A stretch of DNA of 64,000 nucleotides from Spirochaetia bacterium (GCA_965199955.1 CBDATQ010000001.1:640001-704000); one strand, 5' to 3'; positions 1 through 13,374 are shown, counted from the first letter of the stretch. The notes: generated by a model not told the origin, from the letters alone. Numbers and translations: made by a program.

Positions 1-1202
1 CGCAGGCGGTCGCCGATCACCGCCACTTCGTCCTCGGACAGGCAGGCAGGACTGAAGCGCAGCAGCCCCTCGCGAACGCCGCCTGCGTTGACGTGAATGG
101 GCGGGGCGCCGCCCTGCAGGGCGGTGGTGAGCTCCAGGGCGTCGCGCCGCTCCGGGCGCACTTCCACGATCGGGGTGCCGTCGCGGCCGTCGTCGATGGT
201 TGCCTGACACGGCGCGCCGTCCAGCAGCTCGACGAGCCGATCGGACAGGCGCCGCCAGCCGGCGATCCGCTCGCGATCGGGGATCGCCGCGAAGCACTGC
301 AGGGCGACCAGCAGGCCGGCGATCTGCTCCTTGCCGACCTTGCAGGGGCGGCCGATGCCGTGGTGCGGGGCGCCTGCCAGCGGCGGCTCGCAGGCGATCC
401 ACGACGGCGGGCGCCACAGCTCCGGCAGCACGTCCTGGTCGAAGAGCTGCAGCGCCGCCGCGCCCACCAGCCGGCGGCGGCCGCACAGGATGCCCGTCCC
501 CTGCGGCCCGCCGATCGCCTTGCCCCCGGAGAAGCACACCAGGTCGGCACCGGCGTCGATGAAGGCGCGCAGGTTGGACTGCGGCGGCAATCGGCCCGCG
601 GCGTCGACGATCACCGGCAGTCCGTGGGCGTGCGCCTCGGCGATCACCTGCTCCAGCGGCGGCTGCGAGTAGGACTGGGCGACGTAGGCGATCGCGGCGG
701 TGCGCTCGTCGATCGCGGCGCCCAGCTCCCACGCCTCCGTGTCGCGGACGCCGGCCCCTGAGAATCGATCGGCGATGCCGACCTCGACGAGCTCGGCGCC
801 GGCGGTGCGCAGCGCATGGTCGTACAGGTTGCGATGGCTGCGAGGGATGAGGATGCGGTTGCGGCCCGCCACGTGCGGCAACCGCCCCATGCGGTCGGGA
901 TCGAGGCCGGTCAGGCAGGCGGCGGCACCGAGCAGCAACCCCGCGGCCGCGCCGCTGGTGACCAGCCCGGCCTCCGCGCCGGTGTGCTCGGCGATGATCT
1001 CGCTGGCGCGCTCCTGCAGCGTCTCGATGACCACGCACTGGCCCATCGCCTCCGCAACCGCAGCGGCCACCTCCGGGTCGGCGCGACCGCCGCCCAGGCG
1101 GGTCGCGGGACCCGCGGCGTTGATGATCGTGGGGACGCCCAACCGGGCGAAGATGCTCGGCGCAGCGTCACTCTTCGAGTGAGGCTCGTTTCGCTCACGC
1201 AC
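1..1202 (-). CDS. SelA-like / DgaE-family PLP-dependent enzyme, partial (runs off the left edge)
   Basis: Manual translation (absent from the ORF track because the stop lies outside the window): LGVPTIINAAGPATRLGG...AEAGLVTSGAAAG...IVDAAG...GADLVCFSGGKAIGGPQGTGIL, with the PLP-Lys motif FSGGK. The GTG start at 1202 is tentative. Confidence 0.8.
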   Translation of the reverse strand, partial: MRERNEPHSKSDAAPSIFARLGVPTIINAAGPATRLGGGRADPEVAAAVAEAMGQCVVIETLQERASEIIAEHTGAEAGLVTSGAAAGLLLGAAACLTGLDPDRMGRLPHVAGRNRILIPRSHRNLYDHALRTAGAELVEVGIADRFSGAGVRDTEAWELGAAIDERTAAIAYVAQSYSQPPLEQVIAEAHAHGLPVIVDAAGRLPPQSNLRAFIDAGADLVCFSGGKAIGGPQGTGILCGRRRLVGAAALQLFDQDVLPELWRPPSWIACEPPLAGAPHHGIGRPCKVGKEQIAGLLVALQCFAAIPDRERIAGWRRLSDRLVELLDGAPCQATIDDGRDGTPIVEVRPERRDALELTTALQGGAPPIHVNAGGVREGLLRFSPACLSEDEVAVIGDRL

Positions 1203-1232
1203 GGGTATTGCCGGTCGGCGTGGCCGGCCGGG

Positions 1233-1487
1233 TCAGCTCTCGTCGGGGAGGCCGTACCTGCGCCGGAACCGCTCGATGCGGCCGGCGGTGTCGACTAGCT
1301 TCTGCTTGCCGGTGAAGAACGGATGGGACGCGCTGGAGATTTCCAGAGTCACCAGCGGGTATTCGTTGCCGTCCTCCCAGGTCACCGTCTCCCTGGACTT
1401 GACGGTGGAGCGGGTCAGGAACTGGAAGTCGCTGGCCGCGTCCTTGAACACGACCGGCCGGTATTCGGGATGGATGTCGGGTTTCAT
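1233..1487 (-). CDS. rpmE2: 50S ribosomal protein L31 type B
   Basis: [16 protein letters not shown]...[26 protein letters not shown]; no Cys; ATG overlaps the L28 stop (TGATG). Confidence 0.95.
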   Translation of the reverse strand: MKPDIHPEYRPVVFKDAASDFQFLTRSTVKSRETVTWEDGNEYPLVTLEISSASHPFFTGKQKLVDTAGRIERFRRRYGLPDES

Positions 1488-1759
1488 CAGCCGTTCTCCG
1501 GACGCGGGTCGCTCAACGGACGCGCCACGTCCTTGAGGGTCAGGCCCTCGTCCTTGAGGAATCGCATCAGACCCTTCTTGTTCACCGTGCGCAGCGCCCG
1601 CGTCGACAGCTTGAGACGCACCATCCGGCCGAGCTCCGGCACGTACAGCCGCTTCTCCTGGACGTTGGGCCGCTGCACGCGCCGCGTCTTGTTGTGCGCG
1701 TGCGATACGTTGTTGCCGCTGAGCGGGCCCTTCCCCGTCAGCGCACATCGCCTTGACAT
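1487..1759 (-). CDS. rpmB: 50S ribosomal protein L28
   Basis: [34 protein letters not shown]. Confidence 0.95.
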   Translation of the reverse strand: MSRRCALTGKGPLSGNNVSHAHNKTRRVQRPNVQEKRLYVPELGRMVRLKLSTRALRTVNKKGLMRFLKDEGLTLKDVARPLSDPRPENG

Positions 1760-1811
1760 GCCGGGAAGTATGCCCAAAACCGGCCGGCGAGGGAAGAGGG
1801 CGTCCCGGACA

Positions 1812-2639
1812 TCAGGACGGACGGTCGCCGGCCAGCGTCACGCGGTGCATCACCCGCCGGAAGCCGTGATAGTCGTTGATCGGCAGGTGCTGGGTGCAGC
1901 GGTTGTCCCAGATCGCCAGCGAGCCGGGCCGCCAGCGGTAGCGGCAGGTGAGCTCCGGCTGCACCTGGTGCTGAAACAGGTACTCCAGCAGCGGCTGGCT
2001 CTCCGCTTCGCTCCAACCCTTGAAGTGCGACGTGTGCCCGCGGTTGACGTACAGCGCCTTGCCGCCGGTCTCCGGATGGGTGCGCACGACCGGATGCTCG
2101 CTGGTCAGCACCGACGCCTGCGCGCCCTGCTCCCGCAGGCGCTCCTCCCGCGTCGCGGCCACCGCCGGCTTGGTGGAGGTGTAGATGGCGGTCAGCCCGG
2201 CGAGGGTCTGTCGCAGTCCCTCGGAAAGCCGCTCGTAGGCCAGGTACTGGTTGGCGAACAGGGTGTCGCCGCCGCGGGGCGGCACCTCCACCGCGTACAG
2301 CAGGCTGCCCATCGGCGGCCGCTCCAGGTAGCTGGTATCGGTGTGCCACACGCCGCCGAAGGCGACCCGCTCATGCTCCAGCTTGGTGACCGCGGTCACC
2401 AGCGGTTCCTCGGGCAGGCCCTGAAGCTGCGGGTAGGCGAGCGGCTCGCCGAGGCATCGGCCAAAGGCGAGCAGCGACTTCGGAGTCAGCTTCTGAGAGG
2501 GGAAGAAGATCACCAGGTGGTCCAGGAGTGCCTGCCGGATCTCCGCCGCAGCGTCCGTGCCGAGCGGCCGGCCCAGATCCACACCGGTGATCTCGGCCCC
2601 CAGCGCGCCGGACAGCGGCCGTGCTTCAATCAGTTCCAT
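1812..2639 (-). CDS. TauD/TfdA family Fe(II)/2-oxoglutarate dioxygenase
   Basis: [14 protein letters not shown] (HxD), [27 protein letters not shown]. Confidence 0.92.
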   Translation of the reverse strand: MELIEARPLSGALGAEITGVDLGRPLGTDAAAEIRQALLDHLVIFFPSQKLTPKSLLAFGRCLGEPLAYPQLQGLPEEPLVTAVTKLEHERVAFGGVWHTDTSYLERPPMGSLLYAVEVPPRGGDTLFANQYLAYERLSEGLRQTLAGLTAIYTSTKPAVAATREERLREQGAQASVLTSEHPVVRTHPETGGKALYVNRGHTSHFKGWSEAESQPLLEYLFQHQVQPELTCRYRWRPGSLAIWDNRCTQHLPINDYHGFRRVMHRVTLAGDRPS

Positions 2640-2714
2640 ATCTCCAGTCCAACACTCTGGTATCGGTAGTCCGTGGCCTCGTCAACCCGTTTGACGGTAC
2701 TCTGTCAGGGACTC

Positions 2715-3245
2715 ATGACGACCCGCATCGGCATCATCAACGTTTCGGACCGGGCCAGCGCCGGCGTGTACGAGGACACGCCCGGCAAGGCGGTGGTGGC
2801 CCTGCTGGAGCGCTACCTGACGACTCCGTTCGAGCCGGTCTACCAGGTCCTCCCCGACGAGCAGGACCAGCTTCAGGAGGCGATGTGCCGGATGGCCGAC
2901 GACGACGGCTGCTGCCTGATCGTCACCACCGGCGGCACCGGGCCGGCCCTCCGCGACGTCACGCCGGAGGCGACCGAGGCGGTCTGCCAGAAAATGCTGC
3001 CGGGCTTCGGGGAGCTGATGCGGCAGGTGTCGCTGCGCTACGTGCCGACGGCGATCCTCTCCCGCCAGACCGCGGGCGTTCGCGGCGGCGCGCTGATCCT
3101 GAACCTGCCGGGCCGCCCGCGCGCCATCGAGCAGTGCCTGGAGGCGGTCTTTCCCGCCATCCCCTACTGCATCGATCTTCTCGGCGGCCCGCGCCTGGAG
3201 TGCGACCCGGCCGAGATCACCGCCTTCCGACCCAAGGGGGCGTAG
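2715..3245 (+). CDS. mog: Molybdopterin adenylyltransferase
   Basis: VSDRASAGVYED, TTGGTGPALRDVTPEAT, AILSRQTAG, NLPGRP. Confidence 0.93.
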   Translation: MTTRIGIINVSDRASAGVYEDTPGKAVVALLERYLTTPFEPVYQVLPDEQDQLQEAMCRMADDDGCCLIVTTGGTGPALRDVTPEATEAVCQKMLPGFGELMRQVSLRYVPTAILSRQTAGVRGGALILNLPGRPRAIEQCLEAVFPAIPYCIDLLGGPRLECDPAEITAFRPKGA

Positions 3246-3272
3246 GAGTTCCAGGCGGATGGACCCAGACGG

Positions 3273-4262
3273 ATGGACGTAGCTGCCCTGCCGACCATCG
3301 CGGACGTGCGCGCGGCGGCCGAGCGCATTCGCCCGCACGTGCACGCCACCCCGGTGTTCACCAGCCGGTATTTCGATCGCGCCGTGGGAGCGAGCCTGTT
3401 CTTCAAGTGCGAGAACCTGCAGAAGGTTGGCGCGTTCAAGAGCCGCGGCGCCTGCAACGCGGTGTTCAGCCTGCCGGACCACCAGGCAGCGGCCGGCGTG
3501 GCGACGCACTCGTCGGGCAACCACGGCCAGGCGGTGGCGTTCGCCGCCGGGCTGCGAGGCATCCCGGCGACGGTGGTGATGCCGCGCGGCACGACGGAGA
3601 TCAAGCGCCGCGCTGTGCAGGGCTACGGCGCCCGAACCGTGGAGAGCGGACCGACCCTGGCCGAGCGGGAAGGGATCACGCAGCGGATCGCGGACGCCGA
3701 CGGCGCGCACGTGATCCATCCGTACGACGACGCCGACGTGGTGGCGGGGCAGGGCACGGTCGCGATGGAGCTGATGCAGCAGGCCGGGCCGCTGGACGCG
3801 CTGCTGGTGCCGGTCGGGGGCGGCGGTCTCACTTCCGGCACCGTGCTGGCCTCCGGTGGAGAAGCCGGTGTCGGGGCAGGCGGTGCGCCGGTCGTCTACG
3901 CGGCCGAGCCGGAGCTGGCCGACGACGCCTATGAATCGCTGCGGACCGGCGTGCGGCAGCCGGAACGGCCTCCCCACACGGTCGCCGAGGGGCTGCGCAC
4001 CAGCTTGGGGGACATTACCTTCCCGCTGGTCCGGGATGGAGTGCGCGAGATCCTGCTGGTCGACGATCGCGAGATCGTGGCGGCCACGCTCGCCTTCATC
4101 ACCCGTACCAAGCTGCTGATCGAGCCCTCGGCCGGGGTCGCGATCGCCGCGCTGCTGCGCTACCGAGAGCGCTTCGCGGGCTCCCGCGTGGGCGTGGTCC
4201 TGACCGGCGGCAACGTCGACCTGGCCGCTCTGGGCGCGCTTGCGGAGGGAATCGATGGCTGA
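3273..4262 (+). CDS. PLP-dependent serine/threonine dehydratase (serine racemase-like)
   Basis: FKCENLQKVGAFKSRGA, SSGNHGQA, PVGGGGL, IEPSAGV, TGGNVD. Confidence 0.9.
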   Translation: MDVAALPTIADVRAAAERIRPHVHATPVFTSRYFDRAVGASLFFKCENLQKVGAFKSRGACNAVFSLPDHQAAAGVATHSSGNHGQAVAFAAGLRGIPATVVMPRGTTEIKRRAVQGYGARTVESGPTLAEREGITQRIADADGAHVIHPYDDADVVAGQGTVAMELMQQAGPLDALLVPVGGGGLTSGTVLASGGEAGVGAGGAPVVYAAEPELADDAYESLRTGVRQPERPPHTVAEGLRTSLGDITFPLVRDGVREILLVDDREIVAATLAFITRTKLLIEPSAGVAIAALLRYRERFAGSRVGVVLTGGNVDLAALGALAEGIDG

Positions 4263-7245
4263 GGCGGCGGTTGCCGTGCGGCCGGCGGCGGCGCCGCCGC
4301 GGGAGACGGTACAGGGGGTCGCCGACTTCCTGGCCGAGTTGTCCGGCCGGGTGCGAGGGGAGCTGCGCACCGACACCTATACGCGCATCCTGTACAGCAC
4401 CGACGCCAGCATCTACCAGGTGATGCCGCACGGCGTGCTGATCGCCCGCGACGAGGAGGACGTGCACGCCGCCGTGGAGGCGGCAGCCCGCCACCAAGTG
4501 CCGATCCTGCCCCGTGCGGCAGGCAGCAGCCTTGCCGGCCAGGCGGTCAACGAGGCGCTGGTCATCGACACGTCGCGGTTCCTGGACCGGGTGGTGGAGC
4601 TCGACACCGAGGAGCGCTGGATCCGCCTGCAACCCGGCATCGTGCTGGACGCGCTCAACGGCTACCTGCGCCCGCACGGGCTGCAGTTCGGGCCCGATCC
4701 CGCCTCCAGCAACCGCGCCGCGATGGGCGGCATCGTCGGCAACAACTCCACCGGCTCCCACTCGATCCTGTACGGCATGACCGCCGACCACGTGCTGGGC
4801 ATGCAGGCGATCCTTTCCGACGGCACCCGCTGCCGGTTCGGCCCGCTCGACGCCGACGGTCTGGCCACCCACCAGGCCCGGCCGGGCCTGGAAGGCTCGG
4901 TCTATCGCGGCGTGGCGGCCATCGCCGCCGGCGGGCGCGAGGCGATCCTGGCAAGCACACCGGCGCACTGGCGGCGCTGCGGCGGCTACAACCTGGACCG
5001 GTTCGTGGACGGGGCCAGCTTCACCTACCCGCAGGATCCCCACTTCAACCTGGCCAAGCTGGTGTGCGGCTCCGAAGGCACGCTGGCGGTGATGACCGAG
5101 CTGACCCTCAACCTGGTTCCGATGCCGGCCCACACGGCGCTCGCGGTCGTGCACTTCGATGACCTGTTCAGGGCGCTGTCCTCGGTAGAGACCATCCTGG
5201 AGACCGACCCGTCGGCGGTGGAACTGCTCGACAACTTCGGGCTGACGCTGGCCCGCGAGGTGCCGCAGTACGCGCGGCTGATGACCGGCTTTATCGCAGG
5301 CACCCCGAACTGCGTGCTGATCACCGAGTACTCGGGCGACAACCCGCGGGAGTTGAAGCAGCGCATCGACGCGCTGGGCGATCACCTGCGCCGCCACGGG
5401 GTGCACGCCACGGTGGTGCCGGCGCTCGACCCCGCACTGCAGACCGACGTGTGGACGGTGCGCAAGGTCGGACTCGGCCTGATGATGAGCATCAAGGGCG
5501 ACTACAAGCCGATCCCGTTCATCGAGGACGCGGCGGTGCCGGTCGAGCACCTGGCCGAGTACGTGACCAGCATCGAGCGGTTCTGCAACGACATCGGCAC
5601 CCGCGTGGCCTACTACGCGCACGCCAGTGCCGGCTGCATCCACATCCGGCCGCTGATCAACGCCAAGCTGGCCGCGGAGGTGGACAAGCTGCCGGTCATC
5701 TCCAGCTTCGCGCTGGAGCTGCTCGGCCGCTTCGGCGGCAGCCTGTCCAGCGAGCACGGCGACGGCCGCGCGCGGAGTTGGCAGAACGAGAGTTTCTTCG
5801 GCCCCGACCTGTACCGGCTCTACCAGGAGGTCAAGGGCACCTTCGACCCGCACGGCATCCTGAATCCGGGCAACGTCGTGGACGCGCCGCCGATGACCGA
5901 GTCGCTGCGCTACGGCCAGGAGTACCGCACGCAGCCGCACCGCGAGCACTTGGCCTTCCGTAGCGACCACGGCTTCACGCGCGCCGTGGAGATGTGCAAT
6001 GGCGCCGGCATCTGCCGCAAGCGGACCGAGGGCACCATGTGTCCGAGCTTCATGGCCACGCGCGAGGAGGAACACTCCACGCGCGGGCGGGCCAACGCAC
6101 TGCGGGCCGCGCTGTCCGGCACGCTCCCGCACGACGAGCTCACCAGCGAGCGCATGTTCGAGGTGATGGACCTCTGCATCGAGTGCAAGGCCTGCAAGGC
6201 CGAGTGTCCGTCGTCGGTCGACATGGCCAAGATCAAGATCGAGTTCCTGGCCACCTACTACGACCGGCACCGGCTGCCGCTGCGCTCCCGGCTGTTCGCG
6301 GACATCGGCCGCGCCAGCCGGCTGCTGGCAGGGCCGCTCGCCGGCGCCGTCAACCGGCTGGTGGCGCCGGCGCCGGTCAGGCGCCTCCTCGAGCGGTTCG
6401 CCGGCATCAGCGCTCAGCGCACCCTGCCGGCGTTCAGCGGCAGTCCCTTCCCCGCTTGGGCTCGCCGCCGCGGGCTCGACCGCGTGCCGTCCGGGCGCGC
6501 GGTGGCGCTGTTTCCGGACACCTTCAACAGCTTCAACACGCCGGAGGTGGCGCGCGCCGCCACCGAGGTGCTGGAACACGCCGGCTTCGCGGTGACCGTG
6601 CCCGAGTACGGCTGCTGCGGCCGGCCCATGCTCTCCAAGGGGTTGGTACGCCGCGCGCGGCATGCCGCCCGCGCCACCATCGCGCGGCTGGCGCCGCTGG
6701 CCCGCGCCGGCGTGCCGATCGTCGGGCTGGAGCCGAGTTGCGTGTCGGCCATTCGCGACGAGTACCGGTCGCTGCTGCCCGACGAAGAGGACGCTGCGCT
6801 GGTCGCCGAGCATGTGGAGACCTTCGAGGAGCTGGTCGCGCGGGCGCACGCGGACGGCGAGCTCGACCTCGACCTGAACGGCCACCACGAGGGGTTGCTG
6901 CTGCACGGTCACTGTCACCAGAAGGCGCTGATCGGCACCGGTCCCAGCAAGAGCACGCTGGGCCTCACCGGCGCGGAGGTCACCGAGGTGGATTCCGGCT
7001 GCTGCGGCATGGCCGGCTCCTTCGGCTACGAGGCCGAGCACTACGACGTGTCGATGACGATGGCCGAGCGGCGCCTGCTGCCGGCCGTGCGGTCGCTCGA
7101 CGGCGGCGCCACGGTGGTCGCAGCCGGCACCAGTTGCCGGCACCAGATCATGCACGGCACCGGACGCCGCGCGCTGCACCCCGCCGAGGTGCTGCACGCC
7201 GCGCTGCGCGGCAACAACGACTCCCACGGCTCGAACGGAGGCTGA
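4255..7245 (+). CDS. FAD-binding and Fe-S (GlcD/GlpC-type, YdiJ-like) oxidoreductase
   Basis: YSTDASIY, GPDPASS, GSEGTL, SEHGDG, CNGAGICRK, CIECKACKAEC, CCG motifs. Confidence 0.9.
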   Translation: MAEAAVAVRPAAAPPRETVQGVADFLAELSGRVRGELRTDTYTRILYSTDASIYQVMPHGVLIARDEEDVHAAVEAAARHQVPILPRAAGSSLAGQAVNEALVIDTSRFLDRVVELDTEERWIRLQPGIVLDALNGYLRPHGLQFGPDPASSNRAAMGGIVGNNSTGSHSILYGMTADHVLGMQAILSDGTRCRFGPLDADGLATHQARPGLEGSVYRGVAAIAAGGREAILASTPAHWRRCGGYNLDRFVDGASFTYPQDPHFNLAKLVCGSEGTLAVMTELTLNLVPMPAHTALAVVHFDDLFRALSSVETILETDPSAVELLDNFGLTLAREVPQYARLMTGFIAGTPNCVLITEYSGDNPRELKQRIDALGDHLRRHGVHATVVPALDPALQTDVWTVRKVGLGLMMSIKGDYKPIPFIEDAAVPVEHLAEYVTSIERFCNDIGTRVAYYAHASAGCIHIRPLINAKLAAEVDKLPVISSFALELLGRFGGSLSSEHGDGRARSWQNESFFGPDLYRLYQEVKGTFDPHGILNPGNVVDAPPMTESLRYGQEYRTQPHREHLAFRSDHGFTRAVEMCNGAGICRKRTEGTMCPSFMATREEEHSTRGRANALRAALSGTLPHDELTSERMFEVMDLCIECKACKAECPSSVDMAKIKIEFLATYYDRHRLPLRSRLFADIGRASRLLAGPLAGAVNRLVAPAPVRRLLERFAGISAQRTLPAFSGSPFPAWARRRGLDRVPSGRAVALFPDTFNSFNTPEVARAATEVLEHAGFAVTVPEYGCCGRPMLSKGLVRRARHAARATIARLAPLARAGVPIVGLEPSCVSAIRDEYRSLLPDEEDAALVAEHVETFEELVARAHADGELDLDLNGHHEGLLLHGHCHQKALIGTGPSKSTLGLTGAEVTEVDSGCCGMAGSFGYEAEHYDVSMTMAERRLLPAVRSLDGGATVVAAGTSCRHQIMHGTGRRALHPAEVLHAALRGNNDSHGSNGG

Positions 7246-7251
7246 TCACGG

Positions 7252-9972
<2,721 letters not shown>

Positions 9973-10017
9973 CCGCCCAGTACGAGCGCTGCGGCAGCCG
10001 GTGCCGAAATCGCGCGG

Positions 10018-10053
10018 TTGACATCCTTCGTAGTTAGCTATGACGTTAGCTAA
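10018..10053 (+). promoter_or_regulatory. Putative promoter and autoregulatory operator of the phd-vapC operon
   Basis: TTGACA at 10018-10023; GTTAGCTA repeated at 10033-10040 and 10045-10052, the second within palindrome TTAGCTAA. Confidence 0.55.
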
Positions 10054-10054
10054 T

Positions 10055-10300
10055 ATGGACGAGTTGCAGGTGATGGTGAACGTCCATCAGGCCAAGTCGC
10101 AGCTCTCGCGCCTGCTGGCGCGGGCGGAGGCGGGCGAGGACGTGGTGATCGCTCGCAACGGCGACCCGGTCGCGCGGCTGGTCAGCGTCAGAGGCACGCG
10201 CGGCACACGCCGATTCGGGGCTTTGAAGGACCACGTCGTCGTGGACGACAGCTTCTTCGAACCCCTTCCGGAGAGCGAACTGGCCCGCTGGGAATCGTGA
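10055..10300 (+). CDS. Phd/YefM family antitoxin
   Basis: VNVHQAKSQLSRLLARAEAGEDVVIARNGDPVARLV; start could be 10040, 10055 or slightly later. Confidence 0.9.
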   Translation: MDELQVMVNVHQAKSQLSRLLARAEAGEDVVIARNGDPVARLVSVRGTRGTRRFGALKDHVVVDDSFFEPLPESELARWES

Positions 10301-10303
10301 CCC

Positions 10304-10690
10304 GTGAGGATGTTGCTGGATACGCACGCCCTGCTGTGGTGGCTTGCCGGTAACGAACGGCTGTCCCCAGCGGCGCGCGGGGCGATCGCCGACCATGCCA
10401 ACGACGTACTGGTCAGCGCGGCGTCCGCCTGGGAGATCGCTACCAAGTACCGGCTGGGGCGCCTTCCTGGCGCGGCGGCCGTCGCCGAGGATGTCACCGG
10501 CTGCCTCCTGGACCAGGGCTTCCAGCCGCTCGCGATCACCGTGGCCGACGGCGAGCGTGCCGGGCGTTTGCCGGGTCCGGTCCGCGATCCCTTCGACCGG
10601 ATGCTGATCGCGCAGGCCCTGACGCTGGACATCGCCCTGATTTCGGTCGAGCGGCCGTTCGACCGGTACGGCGTCCGTCGCCTATGGTGA
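10304..10690 (+). CDS. PIN-domain (VapC) toxin
   Basis: LLDTHALLWW, SAASAWEIATK, DPFDRMLIAQA. Confidence 0.92.
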   Translation: MRMLLDTHALLWWLAGNERLSPAARGAIADHANDVLVSAASAWEIATKYRLGRLPGAAAVAEDVTGCLLDQGFQPLAITVADGERAGRLPGPVRDPFDRMLIAQALTLDIALISVERPFDRYGVRRLW

Positions 10691-10694
10691 GCAT

Positions 10695-12272
10695 GTGACC
10701 GGCACCTCATCCCTTCCGTCGACATCCCTGCCCTCGACATTCGGCCAGCTCAAGGCATCCGGCTACCGGCAGCGCTCGGTCAAGGAGGAGCTGCGCGCCA
10801 ACCTGCTCGCCCGCCTGCACGCGGACCAGCCGCTGTTTCCGGGCATTATCGGCTACGACAAGACCGTGCTGCCCGGGATCGTCAACGCGATCCTGTCGCG
10901 GCACGACTTCATCCTGCTCGGCCTGCGCGGCCAGGCCAAGTCGCGCATCCTGCGCGCGCTGGCCGGTTTCCTGGACGAGTACGCGCCCGTGATCGCCGGC
11001 AGCGACCTCAACGAGAGCCCGTTCGAGCCGATCCTGGCCGCCTCCCGGCAGCGCGTGCGGGAGCTCGGCGACGACCTGCCGATCGACTGGATGCACCGCG
11101 ACGAGCGCTACCACGAGAAGCTCGCCACCCCCGACGTCACCGTGGCCGACCTGGTCGGCGACATCGACCCGATCAAGGCGGCCACCAAGCGGCTCTCCTA
11201 CGCCGACGAGGGCGTCATCCACTACGGGATCGTCCCGCGCACCAACCGCGGCATCTTCGCCATCAACGAGCTGCCCGACTTGGCGCCGCGCATCCAGGTG
11301 GCGCTGCTCAACGTGCTGGAGGAGGAGGACATCCAGATCCGCGGGTTCCCGATCCGCATCCCCCTGGACATCCAGCTCGTCTTCTCCGCCAATCCCGAGG
11401 ACTACACCAACCGCGGCAACATCATCACGCCGCTCAAGGACCGCATCGACTCGCAGATCATCACCCACTACCCGGATCGCATGGAGCACGCCATGGCGAT
11501 CACGGCGCAGGAGGCGTGGACGGACCGCGACGCCGACTACGAGCTGCGCGTGCCGCGCTATTTCAAGGAGTTGATCGAGGAGGTCACCTTCGAGGCTCGC
11601 AAGAGCGAGTTCGTGGACCAGAAGTCCGGCGTGTCGGCGCGCATGCCGATCGCGTTGCTGGAGAACGTGCTCAGCAACATGGAGCGGCGCGCCGCCCGCC
11701 TGGGCGAGCCGGTGATCTACCCGCGACTGACCGACCTGCACACGGCGCTGACCGCCATGACCGGCAAGATGGAGTTGGTCTACGAGGGCGAGCAGGAGGG
11801 CCCGGTGCTGGTGGCCCGCAAGATCATCGGCCAAGCGGTCAAGCGCACCTTCCGCCGCTACCTGCCGACGCCGGACGTGCGCTCGCGCGATGGCGGCGAG
11901 CGCGGCGGTGAGCGGCGCGCCGGGCGATCGGGGCAGGCAGAGCGCGCGGAGCGGCCGGAAGCGGACGAGACCGACTCCGTCTATCAACCTATCGTGAGCT
12001 GGTTCGCGGAGGGGCAGACCGTGGACACCTCGGACGATCTGGCCACCGAGGAGTACATCCGCCGATTCGGGCGGGTGGCCGGCCTGCGCGACATGGCCGC
12101 CGAGCGCTTCCGCATCGACGAGCCGGAGGAGTTGGGGCTTGGGATGGAGCTGGTGCTGGAGGGCCTGCACCAGCACTCCATGCTGTCCAAGCGCGACCTG
12201 GAGAGCTCGACCTCCTACCGGGACATGCTCAAGGCGATGTTCGACCAGATGACCGACGACGACACCGCCTGA
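10695..12272 (+). CDS. Mg-chelatase/MoxR-like AAA+ ATPase
   Basis: LLGLRGQAKSR (Walker A variant), GIFAINELPDL, SANPEDYTNRG; adjacent VWA gene. Confidence 0.85.
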   Translation: MTGTSSLPSTSLPSTFGQLKASGYRQRSVKEELRANLLARLHADQPLFPGIIGYDKTVLPGIVNAILSRHDFILLGLRGQAKSRILRALAGFLDEYAPVIAGSDLNESPFEPILAASRQRVRELGDDLPIDWMHRDERYHEKLATPDVTVADLVGDIDPIKAATKRLSYADEGVIHYGIVPRTNRGIFAINELPDLAPRIQVALLNVLEEEDIQIRGFPIRIPLDIQLVFSANPEDYTNRGNIITPLKDRIDSQIITHYPDRMEHAMAITAQEAWTDRDADYELRVPRYFKELIEEVTFEARKSEFVDQKSGVSARMPIALLENVLSNMERRAARLGEPVIYPRLTDLHTALTAMTGKMELVYEGEQEGPVLVARKIIGQAVKRTFRRYLPTPDVRSRDGGERGGERRAGRSGQAERAERPEADETDSVYQPIVSWFAEGQTVDTSDDLATEEYIRRFGRVAGLRDMAAERFRIDEPEELGLGMELVLEGLHQHSMLSKRDLESSTSYRDMLKAMFDQMTDDDTA

Positions 12273-12282
12273 GGCGGGCTCC

Positions 12283-13374
12283 ATGCACTGGCGCTACCTG
12301 AAGTGGGACGACTCGCTGGCCGCGGCGGTGGCGGCCTTCGAGGACCTGCTCAGCCTGTTCAACTTCCTGCTGCTGCAGGCGTCCGGCGACGTCGACCGGG
12401 TCCTGCAGTGGATGCGCTACCTGCAGGAGCGCGGCATGATCGACGCGGACGTCGACCTGGAGGAGTTCCGCGACCGCCTGGAGGACGAGAACCTGATCGA
12501 GCGCGACGGCGAAGGCGGCTACAGCCTGACCGCGCGCGGCGAGCAGCGCATCCGCAAGGAGTCGCTGGCGCTGGTCTTCCGCAACCTGGCCAAGGGCGGC
12601 TTCGGCCAGCACCGCGTGCCGCACACCGGCGAGGGCGGCGAGCGCACGACCGAGACGCGCGGCTACCGTGCCGGCGACCCGATCACCCAGATCGACGCGC
12701 TGGGCACCATCAGCAACGCCGTCAAGCGCGGCGGGCTGGACGACATCACCCTGCAGGAGCAGGACTTCGAGGTGTACGAGAGCGAGCACCAGTCGTCGTG
12801 CGCGACCGTGCTGCTGATCGACATCAGCCACAGCATGATCCTGTACGGCGAGGACCGGATCACCCCGGCCAAGCAGGTGGCGCTGGCGCTGTCCGAGCTG
12901 ATCATGACGCAATACCCGCGCGACAGCCTCCACGTCGCCTACTTCGGCGACGACGCCAAGCTGATTGACGTGGGCAGCATCCCCTACCTGCGGGTCGGGC
13001 CCTACCACACCAACACCAAGGCCGGGCTGCAGCTCGCGCAGTCGGTGCTGCGCGCCGAGCGGCACGCCAACAAGCAGGTCTTCATGATCACCGACGGAAA
13101 GCCGTCGGCCATATTCGAGGACGGACGGATCTACAAGAACTCCTTCGGGCTCGACCCCAAGATCGTCAACCAGACGCTGGACGAGGCGGCCGAGTGCAAG
13201 CGCTACGGGATCGTCATCACCACCTTCATGGTGACCGAGGACCCGTACCTGGTGGAGTTCGTCGAGGAGCTGTCGCAGATCAACCGCGGGCGCGCCTACT
13301 ACGCGGCGCCCGGTGAACTGGGTGAATATATCTTCGCCGACTACGTGCGGAACCGCCGCCGGGGCGTGCGGTAA
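12283..13374 (+). CDS. VWA-domain protein, partner of the AAA+ ATPase
   Basis: MIDAS LLIDISHSM, TNTKAGL, MITDGKP. Confidence 0.87.
   Translation: MHWRYLKWDDSLAAAVAAFEDLLSLFNFLLLQASGDVDRVLQWMRYLQERGMIDADVDLEEFRDRLEDENLIERDGEGGYSLTARGEQRIRKESLALVFRNLAKGGFGQHRVPHTGEGGERTTETRGYRAGDPITQIDALGTISNAVKRGGLDDITLQEQDFEVYESEHQSSCATVLLIDISHSMILYGEDRITPAKQVALALSELIMTQYPRDSLHVAYFGDDAKLIDVGSIPYLRVGPYHTNTKAGLQLAQSVLRAERHANKQVFMITDGKPSAIFEDGRIYKNSFGLDPKIVNQTLDEAAECKRYGIVITTFMVTEDPYLVEFVEELSQINRGRAYYAAPGELGEYIFADYVRNRRRGVR

Noticed and set aside
1..1202. True selenocysteine synthase SelA
   Set aside because: Motifs and the ~400-aa length fit the SelA-like/DgaE family; no selB, selC or selD in the window.
1233..1759. 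Zur-regulated zinc-free ribosomal paralogue operon
   Set aside because: Both proteins lack full Zn motifs, but I see no AT-rich Zur-like palindrome upstream; they may be the only copies.
4099..7227. Long antisense ORFs (1042 aa here; also 10707-12284, 16070-18025, 44080-46521 and the 5' part of 49775-52636)
   Set aside because: Shadow frames of high-GC coding genes, without recognisable motifs.
10695..13374. AAA+/VWA pair as a novel system
   Set aside because: A widespread, well-known pairing with no unusual partner here.
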